Position numbers and translations under genes: made by a program. Positions 7,478 through 17,688 of a stretch of DNA of 18,441 nucleotides are shown one piece after another. The notes beneath the pieces are model-generated. The model worked only from the letters and a program-made list of their open reading frames with translations, was not told the DNA's origin and searched no databases. Location: contig JBHGNT010000648.1 in NCBI GenBank assembly GCA_043228905.1, positions 1 through 18,441 on the forward strand, written 5' to 3'. The DNA is from Azolla caroliniana (lineage: Eukaryota; Plantae; Polypodiophyta). The stretch's first letter is position 1. Each line of letters starts with the position of its first letter.

Positions 7478-10400
7478 CTATTCACCTTCATCCGAAGCTT
7501 CCTCTGATTCTCCCCTTAAGTCGACTATGAGTTGTAATCCTCTTTCTTCGCTTTCCGTATCACCGCCATCTTCGTCTAATTGCTCCCCCTTGTCGGTCTT
7601 GTCTGGGATCACATAGGGTTCTTCATCAGTCCGCTTCTTGAAAATCTTCACCCATTTCCCAACTATAGGCATTCGTAGCATCGTTCCATCCAACTCGCAT
7701 AGTCGGTAAGTTCCGTTGTCGAAAACTTTCCGAACCTCGTATGACCCGAACCACCTTTTCGCAAACTTCCGCATCGTTGTATGTTGATGATCCAAACTAC
7801 TGTCGTAGACAATCACCCAATATCCTTCTTCAATCTTCCGCGGTCGTAGTCGGTGCTTTGTGTCGAACCGGCTTTTATTTTGGAATCGCGCTTCTTGTTG
7901 TCGGCGTATTGTTTCCGCTATGTCTTCCGGTTTTCCCTCTAGTTGTCATATCCGGACCGCTAGTAGTTCTTCCCGACTCATCTCTTCCTTCCACGGTAGC
8001 ACTGTCCTCCAAAAGAAATTGGCATACCGCAGAACATGTTTTCCTTCGTAGTGCTCGACCTTCTACTTGCTTTGTGAGATCTTCCCGAGCTAACACCAAG
8101 TACTTCTTTTGTCCGATCCCGGTTGGCATGGCTACAATGTCGACCATCCACTTGAAGTTGATTGTCGGTGAAAATGTCGGATGTAATTCATCTTGGTGTC
8201 GAACCCCGGAGTAGACTTGACACTCCTCGCAACTTCCCGTGAACTCCGCTACATCTTTGTACATATTCTTCCACCAATATTTTTGTTTGATTTTCACAAA
8301 AGTTGCCGATGTTCCTCGATGTCCAGCCCAATCGGATTCATGAAAGTCGGATATTATCCGGTTTCATTGCTCTTTCGTCCCAACTACCCGAAGTGGTATA
8401 CCATCCGGTCTTTTCGGCTCCCTCCATATTAATCCATTTTTCAAGAAGAACTTTCGGACTTGTCCCTTCTTACTTCGAATCTCGGCTCTCTTTTCTTTAT
8501 CATTCGTTGACACCTCGATCTCTTGTAGCATCTTCCCGATCGTCAAGCTTTCTCCCTCGTATTCTTCTTCTCGGAATGCTCGGATTACGTTTACTCGGCA
8601 TATGTGATCCAAAGCAAAGTAGTCTTTAGAAACTTCTTCATTATCGGATTCGGCTATGTCGTCTCCGAACCGAGCCCTTCATAGCATATCCGCTACCGCG
8701 TTGTCTTTTCTAGAGATGTGTCATACGTCCGGGTTAAGCGACTTCACATATGCATCCACCTTAGCATAGCCACATCTGGTATCATGCAACACCGCATCAT
8801 CCCGAGTATCGGAAGACAATCCGTTTCGATCACTACTTCGGCTCCGATAAAATAATCTCGATCCGATTTGATTGCCAACACGACTCCCCATAATTCTCTT
8901 TTGACTTGTGCATACCCGTGTTGCCTTTCGTTGAGAACCTTTCCTCCAAATTGAATCGGAGATCGTGAACCATCCGGATCAGCTTGATTGATGACCCATC
9001 CAATTCCGGTTGGACTTGTGTCAACCGTTACTATGATCGGTCGGTCATAGTTCGGCTTCTTTAGTGCTTTTGCCCTCTGTAGTGATTTCTTGAGCTTCTT
9101 CCCGGCTTTGGTATGCTCCGGTTTCCATTCGAACTTCTTACCCTTCCGGAACAAGTGATAGAGTGGGTCCGCAATATGTGCATAGTGCGGAATCCATATG
9201 TGGTAGAATGCACATGCTCCGAGAAACCTTCGGACTCCGGATTGTGACTCGCATATTTCTTTCATAGCTTGAATCGCATCGATCTTGGTCGGTGACGGTC
9301 TTCAGCCGAAGGGCCCACATAAATGTCCGACTACCAACATCTCTTCTTGCCCGAATGCCGATTTCTCCCCGGAAAGTGTTAGGTGCACATCTTCTAACTT
9401 TCGAAGCACTTTCTTGCAATCACGAATATGGTCGACTACGAACTTTCGACATCCTCGATCATCCATAGTTTCATCTTTTTCTTCCACCGCACATCCTTTC
9501 ATCGGAATTTCATCTACGAACAACATCGTTATCTCCAGTATGCAATCTTGACGCACCTTGTTCATCGCGTTCATCATATGTGCAACCGAGTTTGTCGCCC
9601 CTTGTGGTAGTATGCACATTCAAACTAGCCCACTATCGGACCGACTCCGGAGTTCCAGATCGTGACCTTGTTCACTGGTTGCAAGTCTTGGATAAATCAG
9701 AGTGACCCATTCTTCTTCGAAACCGTAAACCATCGATTTGAGTACGGAGCATTTGATGGCTCTAGAATCCCCTTCGCCACCTTCTCCTTGAGCAAGTCGA
9801 TGATTTTGGGAATATACGCCTGCAGCACCGGAATCGGCTTCAGGTTCCACAGCACATGCTCAATCATGAAGATCACCATCGGCTCCACTATCTTCGGATC
9901 AATGCACCCAATCTCCTTCGATGTGAATGCAAATGCTTTCCCATGTTGTTCCAACATCCCACAGAATCGTTCTTCTTCATTTTGTAAAAGGAAACCACCT
10001 CCACCGATCCAAAGTTTCTTCTGGGTCTCATCCGTGAAGGCATGTCCGATATCCACGGATTTCCGAAGTGTGAGATCTCCCGAGACTTCTTTCCTCTTTT
10101 GCTCGCTATCGGCGGGTAATGATCCCGCGGCCGGTTTCACTTTCTTCTCCACAGTCTTGTATTTCGTACTTACCATTGCTTCTTCTTTGCGGAGCGTATC
10201 CGGACCCATTTTCGCAATGATCTCGTACATCTCGATCGATTCCACCGGAATTACCCAATTTCCCTGGCTTGTATCTTTCGCAAGCTCTTCAAGCCATTGT
10301 CGCATGCTCCCATAGAACACTTCTTCAACTATTCCCACGATTTCTTCATCTTCTTTAATTATTGATGCCGACCGTAACTTATCCTCCACTTTTTGGTATT

Positions 10401-10554
10401 TTTTCTTCATTTCTCCGATTACGGTTGTGTACGTGGATGCCCCATCCGGACCGATTCGTACTTGTTTTGCTCCGAAAGTTTTCTTCCTGTGTGGGGTATC
10501 AGGGCTTCTCGGACTATCACTTCCCCACTCCGCAACAGTCCGCTCTAAAAATCC
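7478..10554 (-). pseudogene. pol: Gypsy pol (RT, RNase H, integrase) with stops, frameshifts and deletions
   Basis: RT: ILEPSNAPYSNRWF, LPQGATNS, LFVDE. RNase H: VDTSPTGIGW, ETDCLP. Integrase: YWWKNMYKDV..CEEC, WMVDIV and the GPY/F-type RWFGSYEV. The catalytic core is lost near 8005. Confidence 0.92.
10491..10554 (-). promoter_or_regulatory. Putative -1 programmed ribosomal frameshift signal (G_GAU_UUU plus H-type pseudoknot)
   Basis: Heptamer at 10554-10548 directly before the ORF1 stop. The -1 frame is open into ORF 9697..10410. Stem 1 is 10542-10534/10518-10510. Stem 2 is GTGGGG/CCCCAC. Confidence 0.7.
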
Positions 10555-11344
10555 ATTCTTGTTTGGGACAAGAGCTCCCTCTTGTTCCTTTCATGATTTG
10601 CCAGCACCGTTAGGAATTGGACGGATTTCCCTCCGTTTTCGCTCCGAATTCGTGCAAAAGTCGCACCGCTATCGAGCATCTTCGTCTCCATCCGTGAAGC
10701 CGTGATAAAGGGTTGCCCGAGGATCATGGAGTGTGAGACCTTGTCTTGTACAAAGAAATTTTGGTCGATCTCGACATCCCCGATCTTCACCGTCACATCC
10801 GGACAAGCCGCAAATAGATCTTCCGTTGCTTTGGTGGCCACCCGGATCTTCCATCCATGATTGGTGTTAATAGGCCACTTCCCCTTCCGGTAGAACTCCT
10901 TAGACATCAAATTGATCTCCGATCCGTGATCAATCAATGCTAGCACGGGCTCTTTGATGTTGCCGATTCGGACCGGAGTCTTGGTAGTTGCACGCGCCCA
11001 GTGTGGCTTTGTATAGTGGGAATTCGGAATCTCGTCCTCCACTTCGGTGTCGTTCATCAGAACGGTATTTGCATTCACCATCGGCGCATTTTCCTTTGTA
11101 GTTTGTCTTTTTCTTTTCACAAGATCCACAAGAAGATCATGGAACTCCTTTTTTGCTATTCCGAGTAGTTCCCGAAGCGAAAAATCTACTCAGCTGTCAA
11201 GGATTCTCTCCTCGAACACTTTCTTTATGTCTGTCCATTGCTCGATGTCTGAAGCGAGTTTGAATGTCAGAATCATTTTTCCTTTCCCTCTTCCGTCGGA
11301 GTTCCAGCTCTCTGGTGTCTTCGATGGTCCGGCCACATCCTCCG
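10545..11344 (-). pseudogene. gag: Gypsy gag C-terminus plus aspartic protease (ORF1), one internal TGA
   Basis: Protease motif ALIDHGSEINL and ILGQPF. The frame extends upstream through a single TGA. Ends MDF*. Confidence 0.88.
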
Positions 11345-11715
11345 TGTTGGCCGGTCAGAGAAGGCAAATGGGAAAGCAAGGTCGGATCGGATAAATATAG
11401 AAATAGGAATAGAATTATTAGGAGGGACGGATCCGGTAGTTGTAACCGATCCGGATCCGAACCGATTCGGTTTCGGTTAACGGTTGCCTACCGAGCACCG
11501 ATTGTAATCTGGCCGGATGCCTATAAAAGGATCCGATGTTTTGTAATGAAAGCGCGAAGAATTAATATAGTTTTGCTTATGCTGATTAATCTTGTCTTCG
11601 TCTGTGCTTAAGTGTAATTATCATACGCGTGTATTAACATCCTATCCCTACCACCCCTTTGGAGAAGTGTCGGATAGACACCTGTGTTGCGGCTAGTCCA
11701 GCCATACATACAACA
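11345..11715 (+). repeat. Solo LTR (371 bp) with non-matching flanks
   Basis: TGTTG...CAACA termini and TATA (CCTATAAAAGG). 3' motifs are shared with the 14011/16419 LTRs. Flanks are CTCCG and GATTC. Confidence 0.85.
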
Positions 11716-12882
11716 GATTCGTGGAGAAAGGGAAGGAGCACTTGGTTTGCCGGTTGAAGAAGAGCCTTTACGGGCTAAAGCAGGCCCCCCGGCAATGGTA
11801 CCGGAAGTTTGACTCCTTCATGACCGATCAAGGGTACCACAAGACGCAGGCCAATCACTGCGTGTTTGTGAAGAAGTTCGAAGGAGATGACTTCCTGATA
11901 CTCCTTCTGTACGTGGATGACATGTTGATCATCGGACGGGATCAAGTCAAAATACGGATGCTGAAGAAGGCTCTCAACTGGACCTTCTCAATGAAAGACT
12001 TGGGTCCGGCAAGACAGATGTTGGGGATGCATATTATCTGGAACCGGTCAAAGAAGCAATTATGGCTGTCACAGGAGAAGTACGTGACAAAGGTGCTTCA
12101 CCGGTTCAACATGTCAGATTCGAAACCAGTCAGATCGACACTTCCGGCAAACTGTAGGTTGTCCGGCAAGCAAAGCCCGAAGACGAAAGTAGAGAAGGCG
12201 GATATGATGAAGATTCCATATGCCTCTGCCGGCGGGAGCTTAATGTACGCAATGGTTTATACCCGACCGGATATAAGATACGCAATCGGAGTGGTGAGCC
12301 GGTTCATGAGTAATCCCGGCAAGGAGCACTGGAACGCGGTCAAATGGATACTCTGGTATTTGAAGGGCACTTCAAATATGTGTCTCCGATTCGGCTCCGG
12401 AAAACCTCAACTGGACGGTTTCACCGATTCGGACATGTCGGCTGATGTGGATACCAGCCGGTCTACATCCGGGTATGTAATGACATGGGGGAGCTGTTTC
12501 ATGGCAGTCGAGGCTGCAGAAGACGGTTGCATTGTCAACCACAGAGGCGGAGTACATGGCGGCTGTGGAAGCCGACAAGGAAATATTATGGATGAAGGAC
12601 TTCATCGGAGAGCTCGGTATCCGGCAAGATGAATACCGACTCTATTGCGACAGTCAAAGTGCCATCCACCTTGCTAAGAATGCGGCCTACCATTCCCGGA
12701 CGAAGCATATCCAGCGGAGGTATCACTGGATCCGGGAAAGAGTAGATGACCAGGAGTTCGCGCTGATGAAGATCGACATGGCCGAGAACGGGTCAGATAT
12801 GCTGACCAAAGTGCTGATACCCGACAAGCTGGATGCATGCCGGAAGAGAATCGGACTGGTAAGACACCCCATGCCGGAGTGA
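11716..12882 (+). pseudogene. pol: Copia pol fragment (RT and RNase H) with a frameshift near 12486
   Basis: KSLYGLKQAPRQW, LLYVDDML, TRPDI, DSD..RSTSGY, then in the second frame STTEAEY, CDSQSAI, HSRTKHI, DMLTK. Confidence 0.95.
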
Positions 12883-12890
12883 AGGGGGAG
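12881..12890 (+). other. Copia polypurine tract GAAGGGGGAG
   Basis: Lies 2 nt before TGTTGGGA. Confidence 0.9.
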
Positions 12891-12892
12891 TT

Positions 12893-13649
12893 TGTTGGGA
12901 GACAGGTCCCTCCAGATGGGAAGGGAGAAGAACAGTGCCGATGAACAAACTCGACTGAGGCCGAAACCGTATGAGGAGGACCCAGCTACGGAGAGCCGGA
13001 TGGTGCAGACCCGGTATGAACCGGATGAGGAGTACCCGGCTACAGAGAGCCGGATGGTGCAGACCCGGTATGAACCGGATGAGGAGTACCCGGCTACGGA
13101 GAGCCGGATGGTGCAGACCCGGTATGAACCAGATGAGGAGTACCCGGCTGCGGAGAGCCGGATGGTGCAGACCCGGTATGAACCGGATGAGGAGTACCAG
13201 GCTACGGAGAACCGGATGATACAGACACATTCGTAAATATGTTTCTGAGAGTCCATCGCGGCTATATTTGTAAATAGCCAAAAAGTCATATTAGTATAAA
13301 TATGACTTAGGGCAAACTTTTAGTCAGAGTTGTTGTCATTTTGTTGGTACAAAGAGAGAGAGAGAGAGAGAAAGAGGTCGTTGCCTCTGTTGTAACCGCC
13401 GCCTGTGGCGAAGATCGTGAGCACGAGGTCGTTGCCTCCGTGAACTCACTGTTTGTACATTCCAACGTAGTGATAGTTTGCAGCCTGTGGGCTGCCGTGG
13501 TTTTTTCCCTTAGTTTGGGTTTTCCACGTAAACATCTTGTGCACTCGTTTCTTCTTCTTCGTGTCGTGCTTTATTTCCTGTTTTCTGTGTATGATTCTAA
13601 GCTCGGTTGTGGCCGAGCGTTGCGCATAAGGAGCGTTGAGTTCCCGTCA
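12893..13649 (+). repeat. Copia 3' LTR (757 bp)
   Basis: TGTTGGGA...TCCCGTCA termini. TATA near 13295 and (AG)9 at 13353-13370. LINE sequence resumes at 13650. Confidence 0.88.
12966..13225 (+). repeat. 54-bp tandem repeat, about 5 copies, in the U3 region of the Copia LTR
   Basis: ATGAGGAG recurs at 12971, 13025, 13079, 13133 and 13187. Confidence 0.95.
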
Positions 13650-14010
13650 TCATGAAGCAAGTGTCTCGCATCCCATATACCAAACCATTTTTCTATATCT
13701 TGCATCCAACCGGAACACAAAATTTTGCTTTTATGCGTCTTTTGGATCTTTTTGCTTGCTTCCCACACAATTCTAGGAAGTCGATGTGAGGGACTTTTTT
13801 GAACCTTAAGCATGTATTCAACAACCCTTTCCATGGCCATGATCTCAATGGGAAGCGATCCCGTCTCAAGGAGGAGGAGGGTGTAGGGCGTTTGTTTCTT
13901 AACTTGTAGAAACTTTTCAAACTCTTTCCACATAGATTTAGGGATACTACCGCCCCATACTTCCACCCCATAGAGAAGAACCGGTGTCACCAAAGTGTTG
14001 AAAAGATATT
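13650..14010 (-). pseudogene. LINE (RTE-like) ORF2, post-RT segment
   Basis: KYLFNTLVTPVLLYGVEVWG...LLETG..PIE...RLPRIVW. Joins in frame to 16838-17688 when the LTR element is removed. Confidence 0.88.
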
Positions 14011-14429
14011 TGTTACCGGCCGGCAAGGAGTCCAAAATACGGAGTGAAGGAATTAATTAAGTATGGTTGTAAATAAGCATAGTGTGGACGGACGGACTGG
14101 AAACGGTATGCCGTTCCAGATCCGGACGGATCCCGAATAGGTGCGATAGGCACCGTTTTGTACTACGGGCCGGAAACCTATTTAAAGGCCCGGACCCCAT
14201 TGTAATCGCAGCGGATAATTAATAGAGCGTATGGTGTTTATACTTCTGTGTTGATTTCCGTTCTGTACTTACTGTTATATCTTACGCGTGTAATTAACAA
14301 AAGCGCTCTAATCGTGTAACCTACTTAAGTCGGTGTAATCGTTGAGTCATAATCCTATGCCGTAATCACCCTTTGGTGAAGTGTCTCCGTGACACCTTGT
14401 GTTAGGCCTTGTCCGATCAGAGAATAACA
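14011..14429 (+). repeat. 5' LTR (419 bp)
   Basis: TGTTA...TAACA termini. Direct repeat of 16419-16837. Confidence 0.97.
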
Positions 14430-14435
14430 CAGTTT

Positions 14436-14447
14436 TGGCGACCACGA
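14436..14447 (+). other. Primer binding site TGGCGACCACGA (probably tRNA-Arg)
   Basis: Starts with TGG, 6 nt after the 5' LTR. Complementary to a ...GTGGTCGCCA tRNA end. The Arg assignment is from memory. Confidence 0.7.
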
Positions 14448-14482
14448 TTCCTGCTTTCTCGCAGCGAACGACGGCTTAATGG

Positions 14483-15538
14483 ATGACTAGACCAACGCAC
14501 GACCTGGTTACAGACCGAGCTCGACGCCTCGCCGAACGGCAAAGACGGTGTGAGACTTTCCAGCAAGCAGTGCACGAAATTCGCTCGGATCGTTCGTTCT
14601 CCAACGAGATCCGGAGAGTCGCGGAGGAATCTCTTCGGTTACAGCAAACTCGCGACCAGGACGACGGAAGCGGTCTAAGTAGTCTCCGGGAAACCGAACG
14701 CCTCCTCGAGGCGCTGGCAAGCGGAGAAAACGAGGCAGAAGCCTTTTCAGCCTACGAATCGGATTCCGAAGGGGAGATCCGGAGAGTCGCGGAGGAATCT
14801 CTTCGGTTACAGCAAACTCGCGACCAGGACGACGGAAGCGGTCTAAGTAGTCTCCGGGAAACCGAACGCCTCCTCGAGGCGCTGGCAAGCGGAGAAAACG
14901 AGGCAGAAGCCTTTTCAGCCTACGAATCGGATTCCGAAGGGGGATACAGCGTGCACACGAACTACCGGAGCAGCAACGATACCCCCGGCGGCCCGGAGGA
15001 CGACGGGTCGGATACCGTGCCGACTCCAGAACCGGAACCGTTCGACCAGGGCTATCCGGAACCGCAAACGGAAGCCGTCAACCCACCAACACCGGAAGTG
15101 GAAGAAGCAAAGCCACCGACACCAACGAAAGAGCCGGCGAAGGTACCGGAAGAAGAGCCGGTGAAGGAACCGGAAAAAGAACCGGAAGAGGAACCGGAAA
15201 AAGCACCGGCAAAAGAACCGGAAGTGGAACCGGAGAGAAAACCGGAAAGATATCAACAAACGCCACTAAACCGCGGCCTAATACTGGACGACGACATGCC
15301 GTTCCAATACTCAAAGTATCGCGATGATCCGGACGCGGAAGCGCATGTTCATGCCTTCGAGCAGACATGGGAAGCAAATCACGCGTCCCAGCGATTGACA
15401 CCGGAGGAAGAAGAACGCTTGAAGATAGCGGAATTCGGGGTCACGTTGGAAGGACCAGCGGCACGATGGCGGCGGACGCAGGACCCGGCAACCATCACAA
15501 CCTTTGCAGAATTAAAAGCAAAATTCTTGCATTTTTTC
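14483..15538 (+). CDS. gag: Truncated Gag with an acidic/Pro-rich N-terminus and the start of a retrotransposon gag domain
   Basis: DAEAHVHAFEQTW...FGVTLEGPAARW...TFAELKAKFLHFF. Cut at the rearrangement junction, with read-through to a stop at 15583. Confidence 0.85.
14606..14942 (+). repeat. Perfect in-frame 168-bp (56-aa) tandem duplication in gag
   Basis: Copies start at 14606 and 14774. Confidence 0.97.
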
Positions 15539-15995
15539 CTTCTCATCCTTGAGCCGGTCGTACGCTTGGTGGCCTTTTCGTAAGCTCTCCTCGGCCCAGC
15601 GTAGCTTCTCAGCAGTCTTTTTGAGTTCTGCCTCCACTGCCGTCTTCAACTCTCTTTCGCGGCTCCTCAGCGCTTCTTGGGCAGCTAGCTCATCCTTTAA
15701 GTCCGCAAGCTCTTGGGCTTGTGCCGTATTTCTCTCCGGAACGGTTTCCGTTGCCGGGGTCTGATTGCTATGTACAGGTTGATCTGACGCTTTATTCTGT
15801 ACATTGCCCGGAGTCATCGGTGCTTGGACTTGTGTTGTCAAAGCCAATTGAGCCATTTCCCTTGTGACCCTGTCCAAGTCTTGTTCAAGGCTCCGGATTC
15901 TGGACCGGGCCGTCTCCTCCGCCTCTATGTACTCGACCGCTCCGGCGATCTGCTCGCCTACCCACCGTAGCCACATGCTACTGGTGACTTTCAAG
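15538..15995 (-). pseudogene. Inverted piece of an extra 3' coiled-coil ORF
   Basis: ORF 15512..16012 encodes heptad-like E/K/R/L-rich sequence. Re-inverting it fuses in frame with 15996-16366. Confidence 0.75.
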
Positions 15996-16366
15996 CCTTG
16001 GCAGAGGACCAACTAGGGCAAGTCCGGCAACTTGTAGCTCAGCTGGACGACGACAGGCTGGAGGCGCAGATCCAGTTTGAAAGCTACGAGAGGTCTCGGA
16101 TCCGGGAAGAGAAAGCACGAGAACCGGTTACGGTCAACCTCAGTGATGAGGAACCGTTACTGGAAGGAGACCGGACCGGAAGCAGTCAAACGGAGATGCC
16201 GGAGTCAGAGAAACAAACGGAGCAGCCGCCTATAGAGCAGCCGGAGCAGTCTCAGTCCCAACCGCAACCACAGCAGCAGCAGCAAGCACAGCCGCAACAA
16301 CCACAAGCGAAAGAACAATTGGAAAATCTGGAACAAAGTATTTTGGACAATTTGGGTGAACAATGA
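15996..16366 (+). pseudogene. C-terminal piece of the extra 3' ORF (coiled coil plus Q/P/E-rich tail)
   Basis: LAEDQLGQVRQLVAQLDDDRLEAQ...QPQPQQQQQAQPQQPQ. Stop lies 52 nt before the 3' LTR. Confidence 0.75.
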
Positions 16367-16418
16367 AGGGGCCGAGAAGGGTTCGACATACAAGGTACTG
16401 TCCCACGGGCGTGCCATG

Positions 16419-16837
16419 TGTTACCGGTCGGCAAGGAGTCCAAAATACGGAGTGAAGGAATTAATTAAGTATGGTTGTAAATAAGCATAGTGTGGACGGA
16501 CGGACTGGAAACGGTATGCCGTTCCAGATCCGGACAGATCCCGAATAGGTGCGATAGGCACCGTTTTGTACTACGGGCCGGAAACCTATTTAAAGGCCCG
16601 GACCCCATTGTAATCGCAGCGGATAATTAATAGAGCGTATGGTGTTTATACTTCTGTGTTGATTTCCGTTCTGTACTTACTGTTATATCTTACGCGTGTA
16701 ATTAACAAAAGCGCTCTAATCGTGTAACCTACTTAAGTCGGTGTAATCGTTGAGTCATAATCCTATGCCGTAATCACCCTTTGGTGAAGTGTCTCCGTGA
16801 CACCTTGTGTTAGGCCTTGTCCGGTCAGAGAATAACA
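16419..16837 (+). repeat. 3' LTR (419 bp)
   Basis: TGTTA...TAACA termini. Direct repeat of 14011-14429. Confidence 0.97.
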
Positions 16838-17688
16838 ATATTTCTTGAGGACCCAACACTTAATATCTCCAAGATTGCATATGTTCTCAAATGCATAGTA
16901 TGCTCCCTTGCCCGCCTCTAAGCGGCATGTAGCACATTCATTCCATCGATGATTTGAACGAACTTCAAGGCCAAGATATTTGAAGCTTTCCACACATTCA
17001 AGTGGCTCATTGTTGTACATAATGCATGGTTTATTTCTTTTTTGCCTCTTCACAAGCATAATCTTTGTTTTAGAGCTATTGACACTTAATTTAGTATGCA
17101 TGCAAAATTTTTCCAATGCCTTCATAAGCTTTTGTGCATCTCCTAAAGTATTTGCAAAAAGCACTACATCATCTACATATAGCAAAAGCATAATTACAAC
17201 ATTCCCAATGGCAACTTCTTCAACACATTCTTCCTTTGCAAACTTGGTAACCATTTCTTCCAATTCATCAATGCATAGACCAAATAGTGTTGGTGAGAGT
17301 GGGCATCCTTGCTTAACACCAATAGTGCTTTTGAAAAAATCTAAAAGTTTATCTCTCATGCGCACACAACATATAACTTTCTCATAAATTTGGGAAATTG
17401 CAAGCATATATTCACTTGGCACCTCAAGTTCTTCCATTCGCCTCCAAAGATGCTCACGAGCTTTCTTGAAGTCTACAAAGCAACAATATAAACCTTTACC
17501 TCTAAGGCGACTTTCCTCCATTAATACTCGAAGGGTGATAAGGTGATCAATGGTGCTATGGTGTTTCCGAAAGCCAGCTTGTCCATAAGCTCTCTTACCA
17601 CTTTTTTCAGCCCATACACTTATCTTTGATTCCATTATACATCCAAATAGTTTTGCCATTAATGAGCCAAACATGATGGTTCGATAGT
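16838..17688 (-). pseudogene. LINE (RTE-like) ORF2 reverse transcriptase domain
   Basis: NYRTI, QAGFR, FVDFKKA, GVKQGCPLSPTLF, LLYVDD and FKYLG motifs. The FD residues expected after KA are missing. Confidence 0.93.

Larger units (their letters stand above)
6705..11344 (-). mobile_element. 5'-truncated, decayed Ty3/Gypsy LTR retrotransposon (no chromodomain seen)
   Basis: Domain order on the minus strand is gag-PR-RT-RH-IN, then PPT and LTR. Confidence 0.95.
11716..13649 (+). mobile_element. 3' half of a Ty1/Copia LTR retrotransposon
   Basis: RT-RNase H, PPT and 3' LTR in the expected order. Confidence 0.95.
14011..16837 (+). mobile_element. Recent pol-less (internally deleted) Gypsy-type LTR element, 2827 bp, TSD ATATT
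   Basis: Two 419-bp LTRs with 3 transitions. ATATT at 14006-14010 and 16838-16842. PBS and partial gag present. Confidence 0.97.

Noticed and set aside
7434-7620. Chromodomain after integrase
   Set aside because: The tail is an acidic low-complexity stretch without the aromatic-cage motif.
7741-11611. Plus-strand ORFs over the Gypsy
   Set aside because: Antisense shadows of gag/pol with no independent motifs.
12723-13289. Repeat-protein ORFs (12723-13289, 12793-13281, 12892-13236, 12971-13219)
   Set aside because: By-products of a 54-bp unit that is stop-free in several frames inside an LTR.
14508-15401. Minus-strand ORFs over gag (Phe/Arg and Pro/Val repeats)
   Set aside because: Antisense reading of the EPEK-rich gag region.
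16763-16837. C-terminus of ORF 16763..17674 (and N-terminus of 13571..14035) as real LINE protein
   Set aside because: These are read-through into LTR sequence. The true frame continues across the ATATT TSD.
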